DNA from: an uncultured Oligoflexia bacterium
Lineage (GTDB): Bacteria; Bdellovibrionota; Bacteriovoracia; Bacteriovoracales; Bacteriovoracaceae
NCBI GenBank assembly: GCA_963922285.1
Contig: CAWUIU010000001.1
Coordinates: 1 to 39,403, forward strand
Direction of reading: 5' to 3'
Length of the DNA stretch: 39,403 bases
Translations under genes and position numbers: made by a program
Shown: positions 29,144 through 38,416 of the stretch, piece by piece
Layout: each line of letters starts with the position of its first letter
How positions within the stretch are numbered: the first letter of the stretch is position 1
The notes under the pieces: model-generated
Databases searched by the model: none
Told to the model about the DNA's origin: nothing
What the model saw: the letters and a program-made list of their open reading frames with translations, nothing else

Positions 29144-29604
29144 TTATCCAATGATATTTTTAATCATTAAGAGACAAGGATTGTCTTTATCCCAAAGATC
29201 AGGAAATACCTCTAGCTGCCTAAAGCCACAATTCTTATAAAACAACCTTGTCTTGCGATAAGCTTCATTCTCGCGCTCAGAACTAAGAGTTTTCACCTGT
29301 AAAAACTCAACATTAAGCTGTCTAAGATATTGCTCTGTTGCTTTTATCAATTCCTTACCTATTCCAGATCGATGGTACTCAGGAGAAACTCCCATGACAT
29401 ATATCTCATATGCATATTCAGAGTGCTTCTTTAGAGACAAGAAACCAACCACTTGATCATCTATTTTAGCTAAAACCATAGGATAGTTTTTTGAATGCTC
29501 TCATAAGAAAGGGTTGAGCTCTCTATTCCAAACCAATCAGGTAGTTCTCTTAAAATGCGATTTGTAACTGAAGGATCACCTTTTTCAATAACATAAATTT
29601 TCAT
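29144..29604 (-). pseudogene. GNAT acetyltransferase with a 1-nt frameshift
   Basis: ATG 29604 gives MKIYVIEKGDPSVTNRILRELPDWFGIESSTLSY, then the frame shifts near 29500-29503 to EHSKNYPMVLAK...EIYVMGV...HRSGIG...LQVKTL...TRLFY. The two ATGs are 125 nt apart. Confidence 0.8.
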
Positions 29605-29801
29605 TTTATAAGACTAGCATAATCTTACTTGCAATCAACTTCAATTTTTTTGAAAAATTTTACTTTAGTGAAAAGATTAACCATGAAAGCCAATCCATGT
29701 ATTGTGAAAATATTATTCAAGAATAAGTTCTTCCAACAAAGTTACAAGAGTCTATAAAAAACGACTTATTACTTTGTCGAAAGAACTTATTGCTTCTTGA
29801 A

Positions 29802-29996
29802 CTAAGCTGGTCTTACGTTTATAGCACAAGGACCTTTCTGTCCTTCACCCATGTCGTATTCAACTTCATCATTTTCTGCAAGAGTACCGTTAGATACAGC
29901 AGAAACGTGTACGAATACATCTTTCCCACCATCATTTGGTGTAATAAATCCAAAACCTTTTTCATCGTTAAAAAACTTAACTTTTCCAGTTGCCAT
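29802..29996 (-). CDS. csp: Cold-shock domain protein (second copy)
   Basis: KGFGFI, VFVH; AGGAG RBS. Confidence 0.96.
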   Translation of the reverse strand: MATGKVKFFNDEKGFGFITPNDGGKDVFVHVSAVSNGTLAENDEVEYDMGEGQKGPCAINVRPA

Positions 29997-30007
29997 AAAA
30001 ACTCCTA

Positions 30008-30748
30008 TTAGTTTATTAATTCTAAATTTACTTTAGAACTATATATTTTCAATTCACCAGTATTAATGAATCCATTTTTTCGCCAAAATTTCTTATATTT
30101 TTTAGTCATGAGATAATTAATCATATCTCCCTTAACAATCAAGAAAAAACTATCTTCTTCTATACGACTCTCTAACACATCGAGGATCTCTGTTAGATCA
30201 TTTAAGTCACTAAAGTCATAAATAAAATAGACTTCCGCACTTGGGAGTCTAAACCCTTGCTCTAGAACATTTTCTCTTATCACTTCACAATTTAAAAGAT
30301 TGAGTTTTTCGAAAACTCGATTCGCTTCGAGTTCTCTCTGTTTCAAAATCTCATAGCCAATGAATCTTGCATCAGGAAAAATCGAGTTCATAACAAGACC
30401 CACTCTTCCGTATCCCGCACCAATATCGACGACCTTAGTCACTTCAAACTCGCTTAATAAAGAAAGTGCATCATAAATATCATTATAAGGAGTTTGCAGA
30501 GCTTGAGGGTGGAGACCAATCCAAGTCTGAGTTCCATGATAATGCTGTTTCTTATTGCTTTCATCATTATCTTTATAATAAGCACGATATTTCTGAAGAA
30601 GCTTTACTTCTATTTTTGCAATTTTATATCCAAGCGCTTTATCTAAAAACTTAGCATGCATTCTTGGATGAATATCTTCGACTCGACTAAATGTATCTGG
30701 ATTTTTCACAAGAGCCTGAAGGCTTTGTACTTTTTCATTTACTAACAT
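30008..30748 (-). CDS. Class I SAM-dependent methyltransferase
   Basis: QTPY, motif [24 protein letters not shown]. Confidence 0.85.
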   Translation of the reverse strand: MLVNEKVQSLQALVKNPDTFSRVEDIHPRMHAKFLDKALGYKIAKIEVKLLQKYRAYYKDNDESNKKQHYHGTQTWIGLHPQALQTPYNDIYDALSLLSEFEVTKVVDIGAGYGRVGLVMNSIFPDARFIGYEILKQRELEANRVFEKLNLLNCEVIRENVLEQGFRLPSAEVYFIYDFSDLNDLTEILDVLESRIEEDSFFLIVKGDMINYLMTKKYKKFWRKNGFINTGELKIYSSKVNLELIN

Positions 30749-30917
30749 TAAATTCTTCTTCGTATCCTAATACGTCCTCAATTGTTGCTGTAAGTAGGAT
30801 TAAAATAGAAAAGGAACTAACGTGGAATTTACTATAAAAAAACTAATACAATACTTGCTCATAAAATATACTAAATATGTACAACATACAACTAAAATAT
30901 GACACTTGACGACAAAT

Positions 30918-31208
30918 CTACACAGATGCCGACTTAAAAATACAAAGATTACCATTATCGATCTTAATGACTGACTCCCAGGCAATCTCAGGCCCTAGCT
31001 TTGTAAACCACTGACTCGCATTGCCTTTCGTTACAACAGATATCGACATTTCTTTACTAATTTCAACCATTTGCCTTAGTACATGAGTATAAGTTTCCTT
31101 GGAGAATGGGTCATAAAGATAGTAAACATCCGCTCTTGGAATGCTAAAACTCTCTAAAGAAAGGTCTTGCTCAATAAACTTTAAAGAATCTCCAAGATCA
31201 AGATATTG
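30918..31208 (-). pseudogene. 5'-truncated methyltransferase remnant, homologous to the neighbouring gene
   Basis: Open frame with an upstream stop and no start: QYLDLGDSLKFIEQDLSLESFSIPRADVYYLYDPFSKETYTHVLRQM...VVTKGN...IDNGNLCIFKSASV*. It aligns by eye with [21 protein letters not shown]...LIVKGD...[11 protein letters not shown]. Confidence 0.72.
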
Positions 31209-31280
31209 TCATTAAAACGTCTAAAGCATTAATTTGTCATTTCAATATATTTAAGAGAATCTTGCTTATAAGGAGTTTCT

Positions 31281-31649
31281 ATGAAGAAAATAAGTTTGTT
31301 ACTTTGTACTTTATCAATATTAAATATCAATGTTTATGCAATCTCAGGCAAGGTAGAACATGCAACACTAACAAACTTTAATGGTGTTCTCTATATCTTT
31401 GCCAAGGGCTATAATTCAAAAAGACCGATGCCAACGGCAGTACTTAGAATTGAAAATCCTAAATTCCCTATTAATTATCACCTAACTAAAGCCAACGTGA
31501 TGATTCCAGACACACCATTCGTTGGACCATTCACAGTAACTGCTCGCCTCAGTAAAACTGGTGGCGTCATGGATAAGAGTGGTGGCGAAGCTAGTACGAC
31601 AGAAGCAATTAAGGCAGATCAAAAAGACGTCAATCTTAAACTAAAATAA
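31281..31649 (+). CDS. Secreted protein resembling the C-terminal Ig-like domain of CcmI/CycH
   Basis: Signal peptide; LYIFAK...PMPTAVLR...FPINYHL...MIP...VTARLSKTG. Confidence 0.7.
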   Translation: MKKISLLLCTLSILNINVYAISGKVEHATLTNFNGVLYIFAKGYNSKRPMPTAVLRIENPKFPINYHLTKANVMIPDTPFVGPFTVTARLSKTGGVMDKSGGEASTTEAIKADQKDVNLKLK

Positions 31650-31679
31650 AAAAAGGGACTCTTTTGAGTCCCTTTCTTT
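31648..31679. terminator. Bidirectional intrinsic terminator
   Basis: Perfect stem AAAGGGACTC-TTTT-GAGTCCCTTT between convergent genes, with A- and T-rich flanks. Confidence 0.85.
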
Positions 31680-31684
31680 ATTAT

Positions 31685-33064
31685 CTATAATTCAGTTATG
31701 AATGGTATTTCTTTATGAGGCATGAAGACTTCGGCATGTATTGGTCCAAGCCATAACAACTCTGAATAGTCCTCTTCAGAATTGTAAAGATCATCAAGCG
31801 TAAAGTCTAAACTTATATTTTCGAATTTATAGTAGGAAATAGAGGCTGAAGCAATCATTTGAGAAAGGTAGCTATCATTATCCAAGACGAGGCGCTTTAT
31901 TAAGCTTATTTGATCACTACTAAAAAAAGACCAGTTATATCTTGAGGTCGAGAAATATAAAGATAAACTAGCACTGAATTGTCCTTTTAAGAAGTTGGCC
32001 TTAACGCTACTAATTTCTCTTAACCTTTCTAAGTCCTCTGCACACAAAAGTTTACCAATCTGACAAGCCATACGGATTCGATTTTCTAAAACATCAAAAG
32101 CATAAGTGAATTCAATACTATATTTATCCGCAAGCTCTTCCACCTCTTCAGTTCCATACCTGTAATAAGAATCTTTTATCTTTTCCAAAGCAAACTTAAT
32201 AGCCTTAGAAACTTCACTACCTATATGACTTGCTAAAACAGTATAACGCCTAGTCACAACATTATTTGATAATTCAATTTTTGGCTTTAAAAACCCAAGC
32301 TCTAAAAGGTATTCTGCAAATTTATTAGCATTTTGATACCTATACTTTGAAATAGCATTTTCAACAACAATCCTAGTAGAATAGCTATCTTGAGCACTCA
32401 TTTTCGTTCGAGCATAGGCGTAAATGTATTCATGAATCAATAATGTAGCCTTACTCTGCCTCGAATGAGATATATAATTGAAAAGTCTCGCATCAATATG
32501 AAGTTCACTATACTCATTTTGGCTCCGTTGTATCGCCATTGTGGTAAACATACACCTTGACTCATCAAGGATTCCTATAGAGTTTGCATCTTCTTTTTGA
32601 ATGATCGCCGTATTGTGAAAACGTATATTAGGATATTCTATAAGTTCAGTACCATAATAAATCATTTCAACAATAGTAAACACATTATTGTCAAAGCGCT
32701 TCGCTACTCTAAAAACGTAGTCAGTAATTCTTTCGTCTTTCTTAATATTCATAATTTCAGGAGACTCTCCCTCAATACCACGAGGTAGCTTTGCTGAATA
32801 AAGATCAAACATCTCAATTGAACTAATAGAATTTATAAACTTATCAGGAATTGGTGCATGCTTCTTTTTGAGAAATTCACGAAGCTCACTAGATTGTTCG
32901 ATGAGGTGATCCATAAAACAAACAACAGCATTGCCACCTCCAGAGCTCCATCCACCTCTTTTTAGAACATCTGGGTTTCCTATTTTTTGATTAGAAATAA
33001 GTTCGATATCAGCATGAACAAAAAGCGATAAGATACTAAAAAGTAGAACAATACTTGTCCTCAT
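31685..33064 (-). CDS. Secreted hypothetical protein with a GGWSSGGGNAVVC motif and zincin-like HE segment
   Basis: AGGAG RBS; signal peptide ending VHA; IDARLF...ATLLIHEYIYAY. Confidence 0.75.
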   Translation of the reverse strand: MRTSIVLLFSILSLFVHADIELISNQKIGNPDVLKRGGWSSGGGNAVVCFMDHLIEQSSELREFLKKKHAPIPDKFINSISSIEMFDLYSAKLPRGIEGESPEIMNIKKDERITDYVFRVAKRFDNNVFTIVEMIYYGTELIEYPNIRFHNTAIIQKEDANSIGILDESRCMFTTMAIQRSQNEYSELHIDARLFNYISHSRQSKATLLIHEYIYAYARTKMSAQDSYSTRIVVENAISKYRYQNANKFAEYLLELGFLKPKIELSNNVVTRRYTVLASHIGSEVSKAIKFALEKIKDSYYRYGTEEVEELADKYSIEFTYAFDVLENRIRMACQIGKLLCAEDLERLREISSVKANFLKGQFSASLSLYFSTSRYNWSFFSSDQISLIKRLVLDNDSYLSQMIASASISYYKFENISLDFTLDDLYNSEEDYSELLWLGPIHAEVFMPHKEIPFITEL

Positions 33065-33176
33065 AAAAATCTCCTTTCAAAAGTTAATCGTTTCATAAAC
33101 ATTTTAGGTCAGCAACAGTTGACAGGTAAATTAAGAAGAAATTATTATTTTACAATAAGTTAACTATTAGGAAACT

Positions 33177-33989
33177 ATGATCTATAACTACCTGGAATAT
33201 CGTAAATATATAAAAGATACTGTTGAGCAGAAGAAGAAAGTTGGGATGAAAATGACATATGAATCATTGGCGACTTCCATTAGAGTTCAAAAATCGTATC
33301 TTTCAAAAGTTCTAACAGGCAACGCAAAGCTCAACAGAGATCAAGCTTATCTACTCTGTGAGAGTTTTAAGCTTAGTAATGAAGAAAAAGACTTCTTCTT
33401 TCTACTACTCGACTATGATACATCGGCAATTTCAAACAGAAGAAAAGATCTATTAAAACAAATCAAAGAAATACAAAAAGTAAAATGTAGACCCAAAGAA
33501 TATATCCAAAGTAAGAGTATTATCAGTAAAAATGATACAAATCTTTACTATCTTGATCCTCTTCATCAACTAGTACACATGGCCTTAACAATAAAAGAAT
33601 TTAATAAGAGTCCTAAAGCACTATGTGACTCTTTAAATATCTCAGAAGAAAAGTTTACATCCATTCTATCTTCTCTAGAAACAATGAAGATCATCGAAAT
33701 AGATAAGAATGGCATAAAAGTCTTAATTGAAAGTGTCCACTTAGAAGATCAGTCTAGTCTCTATTGGCCATGGAAATCTCAGTTAAACAATATGGCAAAC
33801 TCAAGATTACAATATAAAAAGTGTGATGAGGATATATCATTTTCTGTTGTTTTTACTTGTGATCAAGAGACTAAAGAGAAAATTCGAAATGACTTCTTTA
33901 AGCTACTAGAAAAATCACAAAAGCTTGTGAATAAGTCGAAATCAAAAAATATGTGCCAACTAAACTTTGATCTCTTTAAATGGCTGTAA
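33177..33989 (+). CDS. TIGR02147/DUF4423-type HTH regulator
   Basis: IYNYLEYRKYI, HTH LATSIRVQKSYLSKVL, EKDFFFLL, C-terminal QLNFDLFKW. Confidence 0.8.
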   Translation: MIYNYLEYRKYIKDTVEQKKKVGMKMTYESLATSIRVQKSYLSKVLTGNAKLNRDQAYLLCESFKLSNEEKDFFFLLLDYDTSAISNRRKDLLKQIKEIQKVKCRPKEYIQSKSIISKNDTNLYYLDPLHQLVHMALTIKEFNKSPKALCDSLNISEEKFTSILSSLETMKIIEIDKNGIKVLIESVHLEDQSSLYWPWKSQLNNMANSRLQYKKCDEDISFSVVFTCDQETKEKIRNDFFKLLEKSQKLVNKSKSKNMCQLNFDLFKWL

Positions 33990-34080
33990 ACTCATAAATA
34001 ATTATTTCAACAATATATTTTTGACTTTCATTCGAGCTTGAACTGTTATATTAAATAGACAATATTTACGAGAGGTCACT

Positions 34081-34704
34081 ATGAAAAATCTGATTAAACT
34101 TTCAATCGCAGTACTACTCATTGGATCAGCTTTTGCTGCAAAACCAACTTTGAAACTATCTAAAGATATATTAAAGACTGCACCATTTTCAGATCAGTTT
34201 TCAGAAGATGGCGCGATGATTAGAAATATTGATTTTAAAGCTGTTAATAACCTTATTCCTCAACTTGAAAGAACATTTGCAAAAGAACTTAAAGGTCAGA
34301 AGCTTGAAGATCGTGGTGAGTCTCATATTACCGTAATTACTCCACCTGAAGGAAAAACTGGTTTCTTTAAAGGCTCCAGAGGTATTGATCTCGTTCTACC
34401 GACAAAGAAAATGATTCAGATGTATAAGAAAAAGATGCAAGAAGCGCTTTACACACCACTATGTATTGGGATGCAGCAGAATAAGGACAAGTCAAAAACC
34501 GTTTTCTATATCGTCATTAATTCTGAAGATATTATTGATATCAGAAACAGTATCTATTATTACGTTCAAAGAAAAGATAAAACTATACCATTTCATCCGA
34601 CGAAGAATTACTTCTCTCACATTACAATTGGTTTTGTTGGTGGAGATGTTCACGGAGTTGATAAAAGTAGTAAAAGTTGTGTTGCAAATATTGAGCTATT
34701 TTAA
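34081..34704 (+). CDS. Secreted 2H phosphoesterase family protein
   Basis: Signal peptide ending AFA; two HxT motifs (SHITVITPPE, SHITIGF). Confidence 0.8.
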   Translation: MKNLIKLSIAVLLIGSAFAAKPTLKLSKDILKTAPFSDQFSEDGAMIRNIDFKAVNNLIPQLERTFAKELKGQKLEDRGESHITVITPPEGKTGFFKGSRGIDLVLPTKKMIQMYKKKMQEALYTPLCIGMQQNKDKSKTVFYIVINSEDIIDIRNSIYYYVQRKDKTIPFHPTKNYFSHITIGFVGGDVHGVDKSSKSCVANIELF

Positions 34705-35391
34705 AAGCTCTTCGACGCCTTTAATCGCCTCATCCCACCAATGAGGCTGAGTGATATCATCCTCAGCATAGGCCTTAGCAAAGCCAGGCTCGCGCCAATG
34801 AGATGAGAACCAAGCATCAAATTGAATATCTCGATAAGCACTCATCAACGGAAATAGTTTCTCCCACTCATCTTTGAATTCATTAACTTCTCGATAATAT
34901 TTTAAAATAAGCTCATGTTGAATTTTTCTCCTCTCTTGAGGATCCAATTCATCAGACAAGGTATCTAGCTTCCAGCCAAAACTTAAAAGCTTAACATCCA
35001 TTGCGATAGGGCCCACTTGGAAGTCATCAAAATCGAGTATAATTGGCTCGTCATCCTTCCAAATAATATTACCTATTGTGCAATCACTATTGATTCTTTG
35101 AAAATGAGACTCCCTCACTCGTGTTAAATAAGGATGAGCTTTTCCATATCCAGACATTCTAATCAATTCACCAAAGATGTTGCCTGACTTTGTTCTCTCT
35201 GCAAGTCTTATAGCGGGAAATGTCTTAACTTCTAAGTCATGACCTAATTTTTGAAACACACACTCATAAAGCTTATGACTAAACTGGCCTCTCGAACTCT
35301 CGAGCGCTTTCTTTGTCACCCCTAAAACAATAGTATCAGCTCTTAGTGATACTGAGGTTATGAAGAATAAAATAACAACGAATCTCTTCAT
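34696..35391 (-). pseudogene. Chimeric ORF: substrate-binding-protein N-terminus joined to the C-terminal half of an SrkA/RdoA-like kinase
   Basis: aa ~1-97: signal peptide, VFQKLGHDLEVKTFPAIRL...GNIFGELIR...HPYLTRV. Then abruptly QRINSDCTIGNIIW...ILDFDD..VGP..MD...WREPGFAKAY...WW. The kinase N-lobe is absent. Confidence 0.65.
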
Positions 35392-35490
35392 GATAAATAG
35401 ATTTCATAGCCCTGAAATTTTATTGTAAACAGAGGATTTGATCGATTCGACTTGCTAAGAAATGACGAATTTCACCATGCATAGCTATAG

Positions 35491-36405
35491 CTAGAATATA
35501 ACCTCGATACTAGCAAAACCAAAGAGGATACTCGCAAAAGTATCAATGGAATCATTTTCAGCACCACCATCAAGATACCCCACTCCAATTCCAAGATTAA
35601 TATTATTAGAAATAGCATAGTTTAAAACTGCTCTAAAATCGGCAGCGTAACCAAAAGGAGACCAAGACCCTTCGAGTTCAAGATCTAGGTTTAATTTTTC
35701 AGTGATCAAAATATTAACTCCAAGATGGAGAAGTGGAACAAAGCCAACATTTTCAAACGTTGTCTCACGCCCATCTTGACGAATAAGTGTATACGCATCT
35801 CTAATCTTTCCTGTAAAACCTATTCGGTATTTAACTCGACCTTCACGATTAAAGTGATAAATATAGCTTAATCGATAACTATTAAATTGATATCCTGCTT
35901 GAGTCTGCTCTCCTGCAAGAAACTTAACACCATTAAAAAATAACTCCGAATCTGAAACAAATGAGTTTTCATACTCTAAAGGGGCAAAGAGAAGCCTAAT
36001 TTCATGCTTATCTTTAAGAATTGCACTTAAATACATTCTTAAAGCATCAACACTTCCTTCGCCTAAATCTATTTCAGTTGCGTTTTCATCGTTTCCAGGA
36101 GCCTGTGTAGTATTAGAGACAACTTGGGCTTTTCCGAGATGGACATCGAGATTCCAAACAATATCAGGTTTTCTAACCTCTCTTACATCTTTAACCTCTC
36201 TCAAAGTCATTTTCTTTGTTGGATTATTTCCATCATCATGTACAGACTTAACAGATTCTGAAAATGTAGTATCAGAAATTTCAGAGACGAGATTGTAAGT
36301 TTGAGTATCATATCCATCTTTAATGTTAATACGTAAATTATAAGTTTCAGCAGCATTGGACAAAAAAGAAATCATTAATGATAGACTCATCAAAATTTTT
36401 TTCAT
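35491..36405 (-). CDS. Probable outer-membrane beta-barrel protein
   Basis: Signal peptide; alternating beta-strand pattern (YQFNSYRLSYIY, GFTGKIRDA, NVGFVPLLH); C-terminal Phe. Confidence 0.75.
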   Translation of the reverse strand: MKKILMSLSLMISFLSNAAETYNLRINIKDGYDTQTYNLVSEISDTTFSESVKSVHDDGNNPTKKMTLREVKDVREVRKPDIVWNLDVHLGKAQVVSNTTQAPGNDENATEIDLGEGSVDALRMYLSAILKDKHEIRLLFAPLEYENSFVSDSELFFNGVKFLAGEQTQAGYQFNSYRLSYIYHFNREGRVKYRIGFTGKIRDAYTLIRQDGRETTFENVGFVPLLHLGVNILITEKLNLDLELEGSWSPFGYAADFRAVLNYAISNNINLGIGVGYLDGGAENDSIDTFASILFGFASIEVIF

Positions 36406-36514
36406 GTATTCCTCACTGAGTAAGTTGTTAAGAGAAGACTTTAATTGATTAAGAAATTCTTTGTGTTTTTTTGAATATTTTATAGATATTTTAGAATATA
36501 CAAATGCTATACAT

Positions 36515-36542
36515 AAAAAGGAAGCCCTAGACTAGGGCTTCC
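36515..36542 (-). terminator. Intrinsic terminator downstream of the HPF-like gene
   Basis: GGAAGCCCTAG-n-CTAGGGCTTCC inverted repeat followed by TTTTT on the minus strand. Confidence 0.85.
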
Positions 36543-36555
36543 GGAGGAGATGATC

Positions 36556-36864
36556 TTAACTTGCGTAAAAAAGTGCTTCCTTATCACGCCCAGGGCGACG
36601 CCCCTTCCAATTATCTTTAATACGTAATATTTGTTTAATTAGTGCATTTTCAGCTTTTTCTAGTGACGAAAAATATGTGCTACACCTCTTTCTTGCGACG
36701 ACGACTTTTCTCTTTTGAATACGAGCAGTAATCGTAGCACGAAAGCTTTTCGTTGGTGTACGCTCAATTTTTATATCTAGTTCCTGCATTCGCGGAAATA
36801 GTGAACGTAACCTCTCTTTTGTATTATTAATGTAACCTGAATGCTGTGTGAATTTTGTATTCAT
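36556..36864 (-). CDS. HPF/RaiA (S30AE)-like ribosome-associated protein
   Basis: 102 aa, very basic; helix, three strands (LDIKIER, FRATITARI, VVVARKR), then helix YFSSLEKAENALIKQILRIK, matching YAAIDxAxxKLxRQLxRxK; GAGG RBS. Confidence 0.68.
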   Translation of the reverse strand: MNTKFTQHSGYINNTKERLRSLFPRMQELDIKIERTPTKSFRATITARIQKRKVVVARKRCSTYFSSLEKAENALIKQILRIKDNWKGRRPGRDKEALFYAS

Positions 36865-36913
36865 AATTGCCTCATAAATTGGTTAAACTGAATAAATCAG
36901 CTCTGAGTTAATA

Positions 36914-37213
36914 CTACTGTGCCCATGTAGATTTCTTGTCTCTTTCCAATCTTGTAATTGAATTAAGGTTTTCAAGCCTGAGATGATGACAAATTTCTAA
37001 AACATTAGAACCTGAAGAACTAGCAAAGAATTTTTGATCAAAATTATTAATCTCAATCTGACAGGTAACCTGATCCCAGTCATCTGAAATTGTGGATGTT
37101 GTGAAAGATCGAGATGGTGTTACATCTTCTATCTCATGAGTCAAATTTCTAATGATACTTAATTGGTCTTTGTTTAAATCAATACCAATATCTTTAATTG
37201 CGTATGTCTTCAT
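36914..37213 (-). CDS. Divergent HPF-fold-like small protein
   Basis: GGAGG RBS; 99 aa; beta-alpha-beta-beta-beta-alpha pattern (VTCQIEI, FFASSSGSNVLEI...L). Confidence 0.5.
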   Translation of the reverse strand: MKTYAIKDIGIDLNKDQLSIIRNLTHEIEDVTPSRSFTTSTISDDWDQVTCQIEINNFDQKFFASSSGSNVLEICHHLRLENLNSITRLERDKKSTWAQ

Positions 37214-37490
37214 AAAACCTCCATATTTTAAAAATAATTCGAAGCATTACAGACTAAACTATTGTGATTGCAGTACTATCTTGTTCGCATATCGTTTTCA
37301 ATAGCTTCAACCCTTTTGCCAAGAGTTATCATCAATCTACATAGCTATCATAACTATATATCGGCAGGAATAAATGATATTCACGTAATTTGTATGTCAA
37401 TTTTCTGTAAAAAAAGTCTGACGATAAGAGGAAAGAAAAATAGTTTTATTTTTTGAATGTATATGATTAATAAAATTAATCAATAACACC

Positions 37491-37800
37491 TTAACTAATT
37501 TGTACATCACCTAAAGTTTTCTCAAGATAATGGGAAAGTCTTTTGGAACTCATTATACCAAGCTTTCCAATATTTAAATTTAAAATTGCTTTTGCACATA
37601 GTATTTCTGTTAGCTCATCTAAATCATCAATTTTTTCCCAAATGCAAAGTAGCTAGCAACTATTACACCAGCACTTGTTCCTAATATATAGTCAATTTCA
37701 ACACCTGCATCATTTAGGCTTTTAAGACACCAATATGAGCAAGGCCTTTAGCAGCAACGCCTCCAAGAGCAAGTCCAATTTTTGTATTGACTGGGTTTAA
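37491..37800 (-). pseudogene. Patatin-like phospholipase remnant
   Basis: KIGLALGGVAAKGLAHIGVLKA, frameshift near 37715, LNDAGVEIDYILGTSAGVIVASYFA...LEKTLGDVQIS*. GxSxG present; the catalytic DGG half is missing. Confidence 0.85.
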
Positions 37801-37905
37801 TAACAAATTAACTCCAATAGTTCATAAGTTCTATTTTTCCTAACTAACAAAATCATTTTAAATTTTTTTATTAAACTACATATATAATATATCAAAGGAG
37901 GAAAT

Positions 37906-38112
37906 ATGAATGATCCTAAAATTACAGCTAATAAACCGGAACACCCTGATAAAGATCCAGGAAAAAATAGTCCCTCGATCCCAAGAAAGGTTCCTGTGCC
38001 GCCAGATGCACCAGAGAGAATTCCTGTAGAAGTACCTTCTCCAGAGAAGCCAAATGACGTACCTATTAGAGATCCTGAATATCCTCGCAAGAACCCACCA
38101 AAAGCTATTTAA
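37906..38112 (+). CDS. Proline-rich microprotein
   Basis: Strong AAGGAGG RBS; 19 Pro in 68 aa. Confidence 0.7.
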   Translation: MNDPKITANKPEHPDKDPGKNSPSIPRKVPVPPDAPERIPVEVPSPEKPNDVPIRDPEYPRKNPPKAI

Positions 38113-38115
38113 GAC

Positions 38116-38370
38116 TTAATTATTTTTTAATAGAAATGCTTTTCTCGATTTTTGATTAAAGCGTTTTGCTCTTCTTTTTTTCCAACGAATATAATCTTTA
38201 TCAGGAAGTGCATAAAGCATGAATTTCTCAACTTGATTTGAAGTCAGACCAAATTGTTTATAGATCTCTTGAAAAGATACTTTATCTGACCAGGCCATTT
38301 TTATGAGACGATTTATTTTATCGCTGTTGAACTCTTTAAATTTTTTACTTAGTTTTGATGAAATCCCCAT
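38116..38370 (-). CDS. TIGR03643/DUF2805 family protein
   Basis: RLIKMAWSDKVSFQEIYKQFGL...V..FM...YIRWKKR matches the recalled family pattern RIIEMAWEDRTPFEAI..QFGL....V...M.......F..WRKR. Confidence 0.8.
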   Translation of the reverse strand: MGISSKLSKKFKEFNSDKINRLIKMAWSDKVSFQEIYKQFGLTSNQVEKFMLYALPDKDYIRWKKRRAKRFNQKSRKAFLLKNN

Positions 38371-38416
38371 ACCTTTTTATATAGTTTAATAAAAGAAATG
38401 TGATTTTTAATTAATG

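Noticed and set aside
12872-29996. Two csp genes as a direct repeat bounding a mobile element
   Set aside because: They are diverged paralogs with many substitutions and dissimilar flanks; no integrase or att sites were seen.
1471-30654. Many short antisense or alternate-frame ORFs (e.g. 1471-1815, 4517-4819, 7052-7378, 7944-8321, 12891-13091, 14288-14605, 24059-24301, 29790-30011)
   Set aside because: They lie within well-supported genes and have no recognisable motifs; shadow ORFs.
30800-30985. 61-aa hydrophobic ORF
   Set aside because: It overlaps the methyltransferase remnant in another frame and runs into AT-rich promoter DNA.
37268-38090. ORFs 37268-37456 (+) and 37797-38090 (-)
   Set aside because: The first has no RBS or motif. 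The second is the Gly-rich antisense mirror of the Pro-rich gene, which has the strong RBS.
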